Part shown: positions 8,763 through 16,433 of the stretch, piece by piece
How the letters are laid out: each line of letters starts with the position of its first letter
How positions within the stretch are numbered: position 1 is the stretch's first letter
Source of the DNA: Pyrobaculum sp. WP30
GTDB lineage: Archaea > Thermoproteota > Thermoprotei > Thermoproteales > Thermoproteaceae
Direction of reading: 5' to 3'
Assembly (NCBI GenBank): GCA_001189275.1
Contig: CP012158.1
Span: 1,323,704 to 1,355,703 of the forward strand
DNA: 32,000 nucleotides
Program-made: the position numbers and the translations under genes
The notes under the pieces: model-generated
Database searches by the model: none
What the model was told of the DNA's origin: nothing
What the model saw: only the letters and a program-made list of their open reading frames with translations

Positions 8763-8784
8763 TTTTGGCCTTTTGATTTTGTAT

Positions 8785-8793
8785 TTTATAAGC
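8785..8793 (-). promoter_or_regulatory. TATA element for tRNA-Lys
   Basis: The minus strand reads cttataaaa, 23-31 nt upstream of the tRNA 5' end at 8762. Confidence 0.5.
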
Positions 8794-8878
8794 TTTTTCG
8801 TCTTTTTGGGCGCAACAGGTAGGGGAGCCGCGCGGTCCCACCGTCAAGCCAGTGAAACCGTCAAGACGACAGCACCTC

Positions 8879-9472
8879 TCACGTAACAACTAGGTCGAGG
8901 AGCTGGCGGAGGCTTGTAATGATCTTCTTGGCCTTGTTGCAGGGGCTCCGTCTCGCTATGCATATCCCGACGGCGCCTGCCCTCTCGGCCATCTCCATGT
9001 CGTAATCAGAGTCGCCGATCACCACCACATCCCTCACATCTACGGAGAAGCGCCTGCCAACAACGTAGAGGGGGTCAGGCGCCGGTTTGCCCCTGGGCAC
9101 CTCGTCGCCGCCTACCACCAAGTCCACGGAGCTGGCGAGGCCCGCGGCCTCCAGCACCCTCCTGGCCACATAGCCGCTTGAGGAGGTGACGACGGCGATG
9201 GGTCTCGGCAAATGCCTCAGAACCTCCGCGTCTTCATATGGGCGGACGAGGGCTAGGTACTTCTCGAGGAAGAGCCGGTTCTTCAACGCGGCGAGCTCAG
9301 CCGCCCGCCCCGGCAACAGACGATCCGCTATGTCCCGCGCAGGCAGACCCATAAGAGGCCTAACCTCCTCATACCTCACCTCCACACCGAAGCGTCTGAG
9401 GGCCTCCAGCCACGCCGCCACGTGGGCATCCACCGACTCCACCAATGTGCCGTCTAGGTCAAAAACGTACAT
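8879..9472 (-). CDS. HAD-superfamily hydrolase (phosphoglycolate phosphatase / beta-phosphoglucomutase-like)
   Basis: MYVFDLDGTLVES (motif I), VVTSSS (motif II), and KPAPDP ... GDSDYDMEMA (motifs III/IV). I take the start at internal ATG 9472, preceded by a minus-strand TATA (tatatatttttt). Confidence 0.85.
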   Translation of the reverse strand: MYVFDLDGTLVESVDAHVAAWLEALRRFGVEVRYEEVRPLMGLPARDIADRLLPGRAAELAALKNRLFLEKYLALVRPYEDAEVLRHLPRPIAVVTSSSGYVARRVLEAAGLASSVDLVVGGDEVPRGKPAPDPLYVVGRRFSVDVRDVVVIGDSDYDMEMAERAGAVGICIARRSPCNKAKKIITSLRQLLDLVVT

Positions 9473-9787
9473 TGCCCCCCAGGAAGAACCAGATAAAAAA
9501 TATATACGCCGCCAGACGTGGCGACAAGCATCTTCATGCGGCGAAGCCCGACGCGGGAGCCGCAAAGGGCTTGGACGCGGCTTGGCCCTCCCGGGGGGCT
9601 GGAGAGGCGAAACGCCTCCTAGTCGTTGCCGGTAGCCGCGACCACGTCGCTTATCACAACCACGACGTCTCTATGCGTCTCCACAGGGAACCCCTTTACC
9701 CTTTTTCAGCATCTCGCCGCCTCTTCAGAGCTGGCGTTGCTGTGTGTAGAGCGTCTCGCATAGCGTGAAGCTGTTCGTGCAGAAAGC

Positions 9788-9916
9788 TGGTGGGGCCGCC
9801 GGGATTTGAATTCCCGGGGGCTCCCCTCCCGGGGTCACGTGGGCGCCTGCCGCTTGCGGTCCCAAGCCACGCCTCAGGGGGCTGGGCCCTATCCTACCAG
9901 GCTAGACTACGGCCCC
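9788..9916 (-). tRNA. tRNA-Pro (anticodon UGG) with three introns and encoded CCA
   Basis: Manual fold: GGGGCCG TA GTCT AGCCTGGTA GGAT A [GGGCCCAGCCCCCTGAGG] CGTGG CTTGGGA [CCGCAAGCGGCAGGCGC] CCACG TGACC CCGGG [AGGGGAGCCCCCGGGAA] TTCAAAT CCCGG CGGCCCC A CCA. Introns are about 18, 17 and 17 nt, near positions 26/27, 38/39 and 53/54. Confidence 0.8.
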
Positions 9917-9990
9917 GGCTGTGTAAATAACTGTTCTTATAAGTTTTCTGAGTGGAGGCGTTGTTTAAAAGCTTGTGGTTTCTATGGTAT

Positions 9991-10419
9991 ATGGCTACGG
10001 GGGCTAGGGGTATGGTGTCTCTGGAGATTGCCATATTGATGTCTGTGGTGTTGGTGATTGCGACGGCCGTGGGGTGGTATCTCTACACCACCTTCGTGGC
10101 GTCTACCGTCGGCCAGCCGAGGCTTGGGGTGGTATCGGCAGAGTTATCTACAAGCAACGGCGAGCTGAGGCTCGTGTTGATCAACCCAGGCCCTGTAGAT
10201 GTGAAGTTATCTATGGTGGAAGTCGCCGGAAGAGTCGCCACGCCGTCGTGCACAATCCAAAGCGGCCCCGCGGCGGCTCAAGGCGTCATTCCGGTAGGCG
10301 CCCAAGCCGTCTGCACCGCTACGGTGGGCGCGGCGGGGGTGCCGGGCACCATGGTGACAGGCAAAGTGATATTAAGCGGCGGCCAGAGCTTCCCGTTCAC
10401 CGTGTCGGTCAAGCCGTAG
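9991..10419 (+). CDS. Archaeal type IV pilin-like protein (class III signal peptide)
   Basis: MATGARG|MVSLEIAILMSVVLVIATAVGWYLY has a short basic leader, an RG cleavage-type motif and a hydrophobic helix. The C-terminal domain is beta-rich. ATG 9991 lies about 25 nt downstream of gtttaaaag. Confidence 0.55.
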   Translation: MATGARGMVSLEIAILMSVVLVIATAVGWYLYTTFVASTVGQPRLGVVSAELSTSNGELRLVLINPGPVDVKLSMVEVAGRVATPSCTIQSGPAAAQGVIPVGAQAVCTATVGAAGVPGTMVTGKVILSGGQSFPFTVSVKP

Positions 10420-10786
10420 CCGGGAAGCTTGAGTCGGCTGGGCTTAGGCCGAGCGTTGTGAGGTCAGGCCCAAACTACGTGGTGTAGACACGGCCGACCT
10501 CTTGAGACTGGCGGAGAGGAATGACGAAATCAGAAGGGCCGTGGCGCTCTACCTCGCCGAAAAGGCGAAAAACGGCACGCCGAGGCAGAGGGAGATCGCC
10601 AAAAAGACCCTGAAGAGGAACCCTCTTTTTTCAACCAATGCCTTTCTGCTCCCTTGAAGCCTGCATCGCTGTGAATAGGCTAATATTGAGTCAAAACGTC
10701 GAGCCTGGTCTATACGTGGAACTAACAACAGCCAACATGGGAATTTGCTATTATCTCAGACTGCACAGATAGCTGGAAGAGCTCTT

Positions 10787-10922
10787 TGGTGGGCCCGCCG
10801 GGATTTGAATTCCCGGGGACTCCCCTCCCGGGACCACCCGCGCTCTTAGGCATGTTGCGGGTGTGCCTTGTAAGGCTTATGCGGCCTCGGGCCTGGGCAT
10901 CATACCGCTAGACTACGGGCCC
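10787..10922 (-). tRNA. tRNA-Val (anticodon UAC) with three introns and encoded CCA
   Basis: Manual fold: GGGCCCG TA GTCT AGCGGTA TGAT G CCC[AGGCCCGAGGCCGCATAA]GC CTTACAA [GGCACACCCGCAACATGCCTAAGAGC] GCGGG TGGTC CCGGG [AGGGGAGTCCCCGGGAA] TTCAAAT CCCGG CGGGCCC A CCA. Introns are about 18, 26 and 17 nt. Confidence 0.8.
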
Positions 10923-11016
10923 CGTGCTTTGTTTTGATGAGGGTTTTTAAGTTTGTCGCCGTGTAGAGCGGAATTTACAAATAATTGAAAGCCTCGCCCT
11001 TTAGGGCGGGGATGGG

Positions 11017-11030
11017 GAAAGCTTAAAAAG
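11017..11030 (+). promoter_or_regulatory. Consensus-like BRE/TATA with no protein gene downstream
   Basis: gaaagcttaaaaag matches the promoter pattern seen before protein genes here. It is followed by GC-rich structured sequence rather than an ORF. Confidence 0.45.
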
Positions 11031-11049
11031 ATGTGTGGCTCCTTTAGTT

Positions 11050-11213
11050 AGGCCCCCTTGTGGGGGTGTGTGTGACCCGCGGTGCTGGCCCGGATAGCTC
11101 CATGACCCCCGCCCGAGGGGCCGTTGAAGGCCGGGAGAGGGCGCCTGTGAACCGCCCCGAAGGGAACCTCCGCCCTTCAGGACGGGGAGGAGGTCAGAGA
11201 GTTCCGCCTTTTC
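11050..11213 (+). ncRNA. Candidate structured non-coding RNA; identity unresolved, minimal type T RNase P RNA is one hypothesis
   Basis: Begins about 25-30 nt downstream of the TATA at 11017-11030. Hairpins at 11052-11067 (CCCCC/GGGGG) and 11152-11190 (CCGCCCC+GAAGGG paired with CCCUUC+GGGGAGG, with a 5-nt AGGAC bulge). Ends at a T4 run (11209-11212). The only ORF is a short Arg/Gly/Pro-rich frame that does not look like a protein. Confidence 0.3.
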
Positions 11214-11264
11214 TATAGAGCGGCCTCTACGGGAAGGCTTTTATCTCGGGGCTGAGTTTTGGGC

Positions 11265-12173
11265 ATGGGTTTCGTGGTTGGGGTTGATATACGTAAGAGG
11301 TTTGTGACTAGGGAGAGGGTGGGTCTTTTCAAGTCTCGTCCTAAGGTCGTCGACGCGTTGAGGGGGGTGGACATCTCTATTGATAGAGGGCGTCTGTTGT
11401 CTCTTGTGGGTCCTAACGGGGCTGGGAAGACGACGCTTGTGAGGATCTTCGCCACTCTTCTTGCCCCGGACGGGGGGCGGGCCGAGGTGGGGGGTTTCGA
11501 CGTCGTCAGGGAGGCGGAGGAGGTGAGGCGTGTGGTGGGTCTAATGCTGTATCCCGACAAGGGCTTCTTCGGCAGGCTTTCGGGGCTGGAGAACTTGGTG
11601 TACTACGGCATGTTGTATGGGCTGAGCCGCCGCGAGGCCCGTCGGCGTGCGGAGGAGTTGCTTGAGCTGGTGGGGCTGTGGGAGGCGAGACATAGGCCTT
11701 TTGAGGAGTACAGCACGGGGATGAAGGCGAGGCTGGGGCTGGCCAAGGCGCTTGTGAACAACCCGGAGTTTCTGCTTCTTGACGAGCCGACGGTGGGCAT
11801 AGACCCCGTGGGGGCGCGGAGGGTGAGGGAGTTGATAAAGGGGTTAAAGAGGGAGGGGAGGACCATCCTCTTCACCTCCCACAACTTGTACGAGGTGGAG
11901 GAGCTTTCCGACGACGTGGCGCTGATTGTGGGGGGCCAGATAACAGCAAGGGGGCCGCCGGATGTCCTTAAACAGAGGCTGGGCTTCCAGCCGGCGGCTG
12001 TCGTGAGGGCCACGTGTGGCGGCGAGGAGAAGACGCTGTCTAGAAGCGGCGATGGGAGGGTGCTCGCCTTGCTTGTGAGGGAGGCTGTTGAGTCTGGTTG
12101 CGAGGTGTTGGAGGCCTACGTCAGGCATCCGCCGCTGGAGGAGGTCGTGGTCAAGACCCTGGGGGGTGCATGA
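11265..12173 (+). CDS. ABC transporter ATP-binding protein (ABC-2 / DrrA-like exporter ATPase)
   Basis: Walker A GPNGAGKTT, signature YSTGMKARLGLA, Walker B LLLDEPTVGID. ATG 11265 lies about 25 nt downstream of cttttatc. Confidence 0.9.
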   Translation: MGFVVGVDIRKRFVTRERVGLFKSRPKVVDALRGVDISIDRGRLLSLVGPNGAGKTTLVRIFATLLAPDGGRAEVGGFDVVREAEEVRRVVGLMLYPDKGFFGRLSGLENLVYYGMLYGLSRREARRRAEELLELVGLWEARHRPFEEYSTGMKARLGLAKALVNNPEFLLLDEPTVGIDPVGARRVRELIKGLKREGRTILFTSHNLYEVEELSDDVALIVGGQITARGPPDVLKQRLGFQPAAVVRATCGGEEKTLSRSGDGRVLALLVREAVESGCEVLEAYVRHPPLEEVVVKTLGGA

Positions 12174-12934
12174 GGGCTGGTCTCTACCTCGCCTTGAGGC
12201 TCACCTTGCGGCAGTACGGCGTGCTCCTCTCCGTATCTATGCTCGTGCCCTTCTTCGCGGCGCTTTTTTACCTCGGGGGCTGGGCGGCGACCGGCGGCAG
12301 GGCCGACCTCGACAAGTTCCTCTACCAGCTCGTGGGCATGGTGTTGCTTGTGGTGGCGCAGTCCGCGTCGTCTAACATACTGTGGAACATGTACATGTTG
12401 ACGTCCGGCGGCCAGCTGGAGTACCTCGCGGCGTCGCTCTCCAGGCCTCTTGCCGTTCTTCTGGCGTTTTACCTAGTTGAGCTAGTCGTCGTGGGTCTCG
12501 GCGCCGCGGTGATCGCGGCGTTTATCATCGCAACCCTGAAGGGACCTCTCTTTGTCTTGGCGATGTTGCTTGCCGTGGCGGTTGCCGCTGTGACTTCTCT
12601 GCCCGTCGTGGGGCTCACGTTGGCGCTGGCCTACTTCCTGCCGTCTATCCGGAACCCGACGCCTCTCTCCACGATACTCAGCGTCTCTGTGGTGTTTTTC
12701 GGCGGCGTGTTGTATCCAGTGACCGTCTTCCCGGAGGTCCTCCAAGTGCTTTCCCTCCTCCTCCCCTTCGCCGTGTGGGCAGAGTTCGCCAGATCTGTGG
12801 CGCTGGGCCTTCAAGCCCCGCTTCGGCAGTTCGGCTTATTGATGGGCTACTTCGCATACTTCGCCCTGGGGCTCGCCGTGTGGAGTCTCCTTATGAGGAG
12901 GCTCAGGAGGTATGGGCTTTACCATGCCTGGTGA
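12170..12934 (+). CDS. ABC-2 type transporter permease subunit 1
   Basis: Polytopic hydrophobic protein. ATG 12170 overlaps the ATPase stop (ATGA). The ORF-track start at 12098 lies inside the ATPase gene. Confidence 0.75.
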   Translation: MRAGLYLALRLTLRQYGVLLSVSMLVPFFAALFYLGGWAATGGRADLDKFLYQLVGMVLLVVAQSASSNILWNMYMLTSGGQLEYLAASLSRPLAVLLAFYLVELVVVGLGAAVIAAFIIATLKGPLFVLAMLLAVAVAAVTSLPVVGLTLALAYFLPSIRNPTPLSTILSVSVVFFGGVLYPVTVFPEVLQVLSLLLPFAVWAEFARSVALGLQAPLRQFGLLMGYFAYFALGLAVWSLLMRRLRRYGLYHAW

Positions 12935-13697
12935 CCTGCTCCGCGAGCTCTGGCTCATTACGCGGCTTAATTTCAGGCCGCTGTCGTTCTTCGTGGCGAG
13001 CATGCTGTCTACAGCCATGTGGCTCGTGGTTGTGGTACTCGCCATTGCGTGGTACGGCGGCGACATATCGCAGACCGCCCGCCACCTGTTCTGGGGCATG
13101 GCGGTTTTCCTAGTCTTCTCGGAGCAGGTCTGGGGAGCCGCCGTGTTTAACACGCTTGCTAGAACCGGCGTTGTGGACTACGTCGCCGCCTCGCCCGTGA
13201 AGTTGCATACGTACCTCTTCGCGGTCTCCCTCGCGTATTCCGCCGTAGCCGTGCCGGGGGTCTTGATTCTGTTGGGGATTTACTATCTGTTGCTCGGCGA
13301 ATTTCCACCCTTGGCGCAACCCGTCAACTTCGCCGCGGCGTTTGTGATCTTTGTAACTGCCGCGGCTTTGTTGGTGTCGCTGTTTACCTTCCTCTTCATA
13401 AGGCTGAGGAACCCCAACTTCGTTGTTAACGTTCTGCAGTGGGCGGTTCCGCTGTCTGGAGGGATGATACCGCCGACAGCCATGCCGCCTGAAGCCGCCC
13501 AGTTCTTCCTCCTATCGCCTTTCCACTACGTCATAGCGCCGGTGGTTTACTCCGCTACCGGCGTATGGCTTGCCGATCCGCCCACTACACTGGCTCTTGG
13601 GGCTGTTGTGGCGGTTGCGTTTTATGTACTGACGCTCTACGCGGCTAAGTCAGCCATGTGGAGGTACAGAGCGACGGGCAAATGGGGTGTTGAGTAG
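12912..13697 (+). CDS. ABC-2 type transporter permease subunit 2
   Basis: 261-aa polytopic membrane protein overlapping the previous permease by 23 nt. Confidence 0.75.
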   Translation: MGFTMPGDLLRELWLITRLNFRPLSFFVASMLSTAMWLVVVVLAIAWYGGDISQTARHLFWGMAVFLVFSEQVWGAAVFNTLARTGVVDYVAASPVKLHTYLFAVSLAYSAVAVPGVLILLGIYYLLLGEFPPLAQPVNFAAAFVIFVTAAALLVSLFTFLFIRLRNPNFVVNVLQWAVPLSGGMIPPTAMPPEAAQFFLLSPFHYVIAPVVYSATGVWLADPPTTLALGAVVAVAFYVLTLYAAKSAMWRYRATGKWGVE

Positions 13698-13931
13698 CTA
13701 AACGCCGCGGCCGCCCGCCCAAACGACGGCGTCTGTCTCGGGGTCCCAGACGACGGTGAAGCCATCTATACGCATCCTCAGCCTACCCCGCCTCACGGCA
13801 ATAAAGTACCCCCTGACCCTCCCAGTCTCCACATCTATGAGTAGCCGGTTGCCCGCCACCTCCACCCGGAGCGCCTCGGCGAGTTTCGACCTGCGGAACT
13901 GCTCAGCAACCTGGGAGAAGTCTGTTGCCAT
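13698..13931 (-). CDS. Hypothetical protein (77 aa) translationally coupled to rpoP
   Basis: ATG 13931 shares its A with the rpoP TGA stop (TGATG). I judge the longer ORF-track version (start 14003) to be an artefact that overlaps rpoP in another frame. Confidence 0.5.
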   Translation of the reverse strand: MATDFSQVAEQFRRSKLAEALRVEVAGNRLLIDVETGRVRGYFIAVRRGRLRMRIDGFTVVWDPETDAVVWAGGRGV

Positions 13932-14089
13932 CAGATCGCCGGGATCCGCTTCACCATGGGGCTTCTCACCTTCATTATGATCTTGAAGTTGCAGTAGGGG
14001 CATCTAATGCCGGGTAGGATCTCCATTTCTGACTTGGAGAACACCCTGCCGCACCTCATGCATATGTACAACTTCCGTTCCTCTGTCAC
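13931..14089 (-). CDS. rpoP: DNA-directed RNA polymerase subunit P (Rpo12/RPABC4), 52 aa; below the ORF-track size cut-off
   Basis: Manual translation: [52 protein letters not shown]. This is a CxxC...CxxC zinc ribbon with the RCPYC..KI..K.R pattern of RpoP. GTG start is preceded by tGAGGTG at 14098-14104. Confidence 0.8.
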   Translation of the reverse strand: MTEERKLYICMRCGRVFSKSEMEILPGIRCPYCNFKIIMKVRSPMVKRIPAI

Positions 14090-14097
14090 GGCGCATA

Positions 14098-14104
14098 CAC
14101 CTCA
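14098..14104 (-). promoter_or_regulatory. Shine-Dalgarno-like element for the internal operon gene rpoP
   Basis: The minus strand reads TGAGGTG, 9-15 nt upstream of the GTG at 14089 and overlapping the nadM stop codon. Confidence 0.5.
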
Positions 14105-14608
14105 CCTATTTATAAAGTTTGCCAGCTGTTGCAACCTAGCCACGCCCCCTATCTCCTCGATATATGCCGCTACCGCGGGAGGCACCATCTCCCTCCACCG
14201 CGCACCTCCCTGAGCCATGGCCTGCCTCACGGCTGTGGCTGAGTAGTCGCCGAAGACCGGGTGGCCTCTGACCTCAACGCCCCAATACGCCAAGGCGGCG
14301 GCCACCCAGGGGTTGTTGGAATACACGACGTGATGCGTCGGGCACCAATGCCTTAGATACGCGCCCCAGAGGCTTGTGGGGCCGTTGGTGTCGGGCACCG
14401 CGCAGTATAGGATGCGGCAGTTCCCGCCGAAGTGGCGTCTAAACATCTCAAGACGCTCCCCCGGAGTGAAGGGGTTGTCGAAGGTAAGCGCCTTGTCGGC
14501 GGAGCCTATCGCCACCACCACCTCGTCGTAGTGGGTGAGCAACCACTCCACGAGCTTCACATGGCCCCAATGCACCGGCTGAAAACGGCCGATCAGCAAC
14601 GCCCTCAC
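14102..14608 (-). CDS. nadM: Nicotinamide-nucleotide adenylyltransferase (archaeal NMNAT)
   Basis: MRALLIGRFQPVHWGHVKLVEWLL contains the (H/T)xGH nucleotidyltransferase motif in the archaeal NMNAT context. 168 aa. Confidence 0.88.
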   Translation of the reverse strand: MRALLIGRFQPVHWGHVKLVEWLLTHYDEVVVAIGSADKALTFDNPFTPGERLEMFRRHFGGNCRILYCAVPDTNGPTSLWGAYLRHWCPTHHVVYSNNPWVAAALAYWGVEVRGHPVFGDYSATAVRQAMAQGGARWREMVPPAVAAYIEEIGGVARLQQLANFINR

Positions 14609-14701
14609 GGCCTTACCCGTGTAAGAGATTTTAAAGTGTGTATCTTAATAATCGTGATGTGGTAGCTCGCGGCTGAGGATGACGAGAGGCGTACTGGCTG
14701 A

Positions 14702-15505
14702 CTACCTCTTCAAATACGCCGCCATATGCATGATGGCCCTCACAACCTTCGTGGCAGTCACGTCAGACACGTCGTTGGGGGGAGAGTACTCCATGATGTC
14801 GACGGCGACGGGCTTCAGCGTGAGCATCAAGTCGGCGAGTAGGTACTCGAGCTTACGAAAGGAGAGACCGCCGGCTTCTGGCGTCCCGACGCCCGGCGCC
14901 TCGAAGGGGTCCAGCACATCTATGTCGAGGCTTAGGTAGACCCTCCCCGAGGCGGTGGACACGGCGTCTGAAATCACGTCTCTGCCGAAGTCGCTACCCT
15001 CGACCACGAAGAAATCGGCGTCTTCGGCGTATTTGTGCTCCTCGTCGTCGTATGCCCTCACGCCTATGTAGATGGCGTAGAAGCCAAGCTTCTCGTGAGC
15101 CCTCCTGGCGAAGGTGGCGTGGGAGAGCCTCTGGCCCGGCGGCCACTCGTCGCGGAGGTCGAAGTGGGCGTCTATATGCACGTAGGTGTCCGGCCTAACC
15201 ACGTTGAGGGCGGCCAGCGTGGCTGTGTGTTCGCCCCCCACCATGATAAACGGGGGGTCCACCCTCTGTATGAACCTCTCAATTCTTGCCACGTTCTCCG
15301 CGGGGGCCCCCTGGAGGAGCTCCACGTCGCCTAGGTCGCATAGGGGCTCCGTCACGTTGCCAAACAGGGTGGTGTATTCAAGGTAGGGGAGTATCGCGCG
15401 GATCTTCTGAGGGGCGAAGCGGGTGCCCGGTCTGAAGCTTAACGTGTCCTCCATAGGCGCCCCGAAGAGCTTGACGTCATCTTGCCGGCAGACGTTTTTA
15501 AGCAT
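14702..15505 (-). CDS. speB: Agmatinase / ureohydrolase family protein
   Basis: Arginase-fold metal-ligand motifs GGEHT, HIDAHFDL and SLDIDVLDP. Confidence 0.85.
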   Translation of the reverse strand: MLKNVCRQDDVKLFGAPMEDTLSFRPGTRFAPQKIRAILPYLEYTTLFGNVTEPLCDLGDVELLQGAPAENVARIERFIQRVDPPFIMVGGEHTATLAALNVVRPDTYVHIDAHFDLRDEWPPGQRLSHATFARRAHEKLGFYAIYIGVRAYDDEEHKYAEDADFFVVEGSDFGRDVISDAVSTASGRVYLSLDIDVLDPFEAPGVGTPEAGGLSFRKLEYLLADLMLTLKPVAVDIMEYSPPNDVSDVTATKVVRAIMHMAAYLKR

Positions 15506-16388
15506 GGCGGCTTTTGATTGGGCGTTTATACTCCTTTCGTCTCGGCACGAACTTTATGTCCACGTGGACGATGAGGGGGTGTAGTTTCGATATTGTCTTT
15601 ATCGCCTTCGTCCTGAGGACGTGGAGGCGTCCCACCGTCATGTCGGGGCTCACTGCTACGATGCTGTAGACCACCAGGAAGCTCCCGGCGCGTCGGATCT
15701 TTACGTCTAACGGTCTGCCGAGCTCCGCCGCGGCTTCTCTTATCTTATCCTCTAGGGCGGGGTCTTTGTAGAGGGCTCCCAGTATTCCGTAGGCGGCGTC
15801 TTTTGCGAGTCGTGTAAATTCGTAAAGCACGTAGCCGTATATTACGAACACCGCCGCCACCTCCGCTATCAAGAGGTGGAAGTAGTTGCTAAGCACCACC
15901 GCAACTGCGGAGGCCAGCGAGAGGGCTGTGTCTATTTTGGCATGTAGGGCGTCTGCCCTCAGTATTTCGAGCTTCAGCTTGTGGTAGTTTCGGTGTTGCC
16001 AGAGATACATGACGTAGGTCAGGACCCCGCCGGCGAGGAGGAGGAGCGTCATCCACAAGGGCGTCGGCTCTCCGTCGAGGTGTATGGAGGTGGCTAACAT
16101 GTAGGTGTAGAAGGTCAGCACCGTGAGGATTGAGAGAAGGGTCAAGAGGCTTTCTAGTCTGTAGATCTCCCAAGGGAAGGCCTTCCCCCTCTGCGAGGCG
16201 TAATAGAGGCCGAAGCCGGAGATGTAAGCTATTGCGGAGTCCATAAAGCCATGTATGGCGTCGCTGGTGACTAGGAGGCTACTGTAGATTACGCCAAGCA
16301 TCAACTCAGCTATTGTATAGGCCAGCGAGGCGGTCCCTATGACGAAGAGATAGAGGGAGGCGAACCATAGCCGTGTTGAGGGCTTCAC
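15498..16388 (-). CDS. Cation diffusion facilitator (CDF) family transporter
   Basis: Six predicted TM helices with LVTSDAIHGFMDS (TM2) and ADALHAKIDTALS (TM5) metal-site motifs, plus a C-terminal cytoplasmic domain. GTG start; the stop overlaps the speB start by 8 nt. Confidence 0.8.
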   Translation of the reverse strand: MKPSTRLWFASLYLFVIGTASLAYTIAELMLGVIYSSLLVTSDAIHGFMDSAIAYISGFGLYYASQRGKAFPWEIYRLESLLTLLSILTVLTFYTYMLATSIHLDGEPTPLWMTLLLLAGGVLTYVMYLWQHRNYHKLKLEILRADALHAKIDTALSLASAVAVVLSNYFHLLIAEVAAVFVIYGYVLYEFTRLAKDAAYGILGALYKDPALEDKIREAAAELGRPLDVKIRRAGSFLVVYSIVAVSPDMTVGRLHVLRTKAIKTISKLHPLIVHVDIKFVPRRKEYKRPIKSRHA

Positions 16389-16407
16389 AGACGGATGGGG
16401 GAAAGAC

Positions 16408-16420
16408 TTAAAATATATAT
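16408..16420. promoter_or_regulatory. Shared bidirectional TATA region (CDF gene / glyS)
   Basis: cttaaaatatata is centred between the divergent starts at 16388 (-) and 16434 (+). Confidence 0.45.
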
Positions 16421-16433
16421 GGAAATGGCGGCA

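Noticed and set aside
8536-8889. 117-aa minus-strand ORF, plus two + strand ORFs (8580-8822 and 8591-8776)
   Set aside because: They run straight through the tRNA-Lys gene and its promoter. The translation is Arg/Pro-rich and non-protein-like.
10074-10487. 137-aa alternative-frame ORF overlapping the pilin-like gene
   Set aside because: Extremely Arg/Gly-rich nonsense composition. The other frame has a coherent class III signal peptide and its own TATA.
10926-10994. Possible C/D box sRNA just downstream of tRNA-Val (UGAUGA at 10935-10940, UUGA at 10985-10988, terminal pairing GCUUU/AAAGC)
   Set aside because: The D box is degenerate, no acceptable D'/C' boxes exist at the expected 12-nt spacing, and the guide regions would be the wrong length. 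Left as unproven.
11040-11250. SRP (7S) RNA, suggested by GCGGUGCUGGCCCGG and CCUGUGAACC resembling Alu-domain loop motifs
   Set aside because: The two motifs are about 55 nt apart instead of about 15-20. No helix-8 GGAA/AGCA-type motif is present. Only about 100 nt remain before the next gene, too short for an archaeal SRP RNA.
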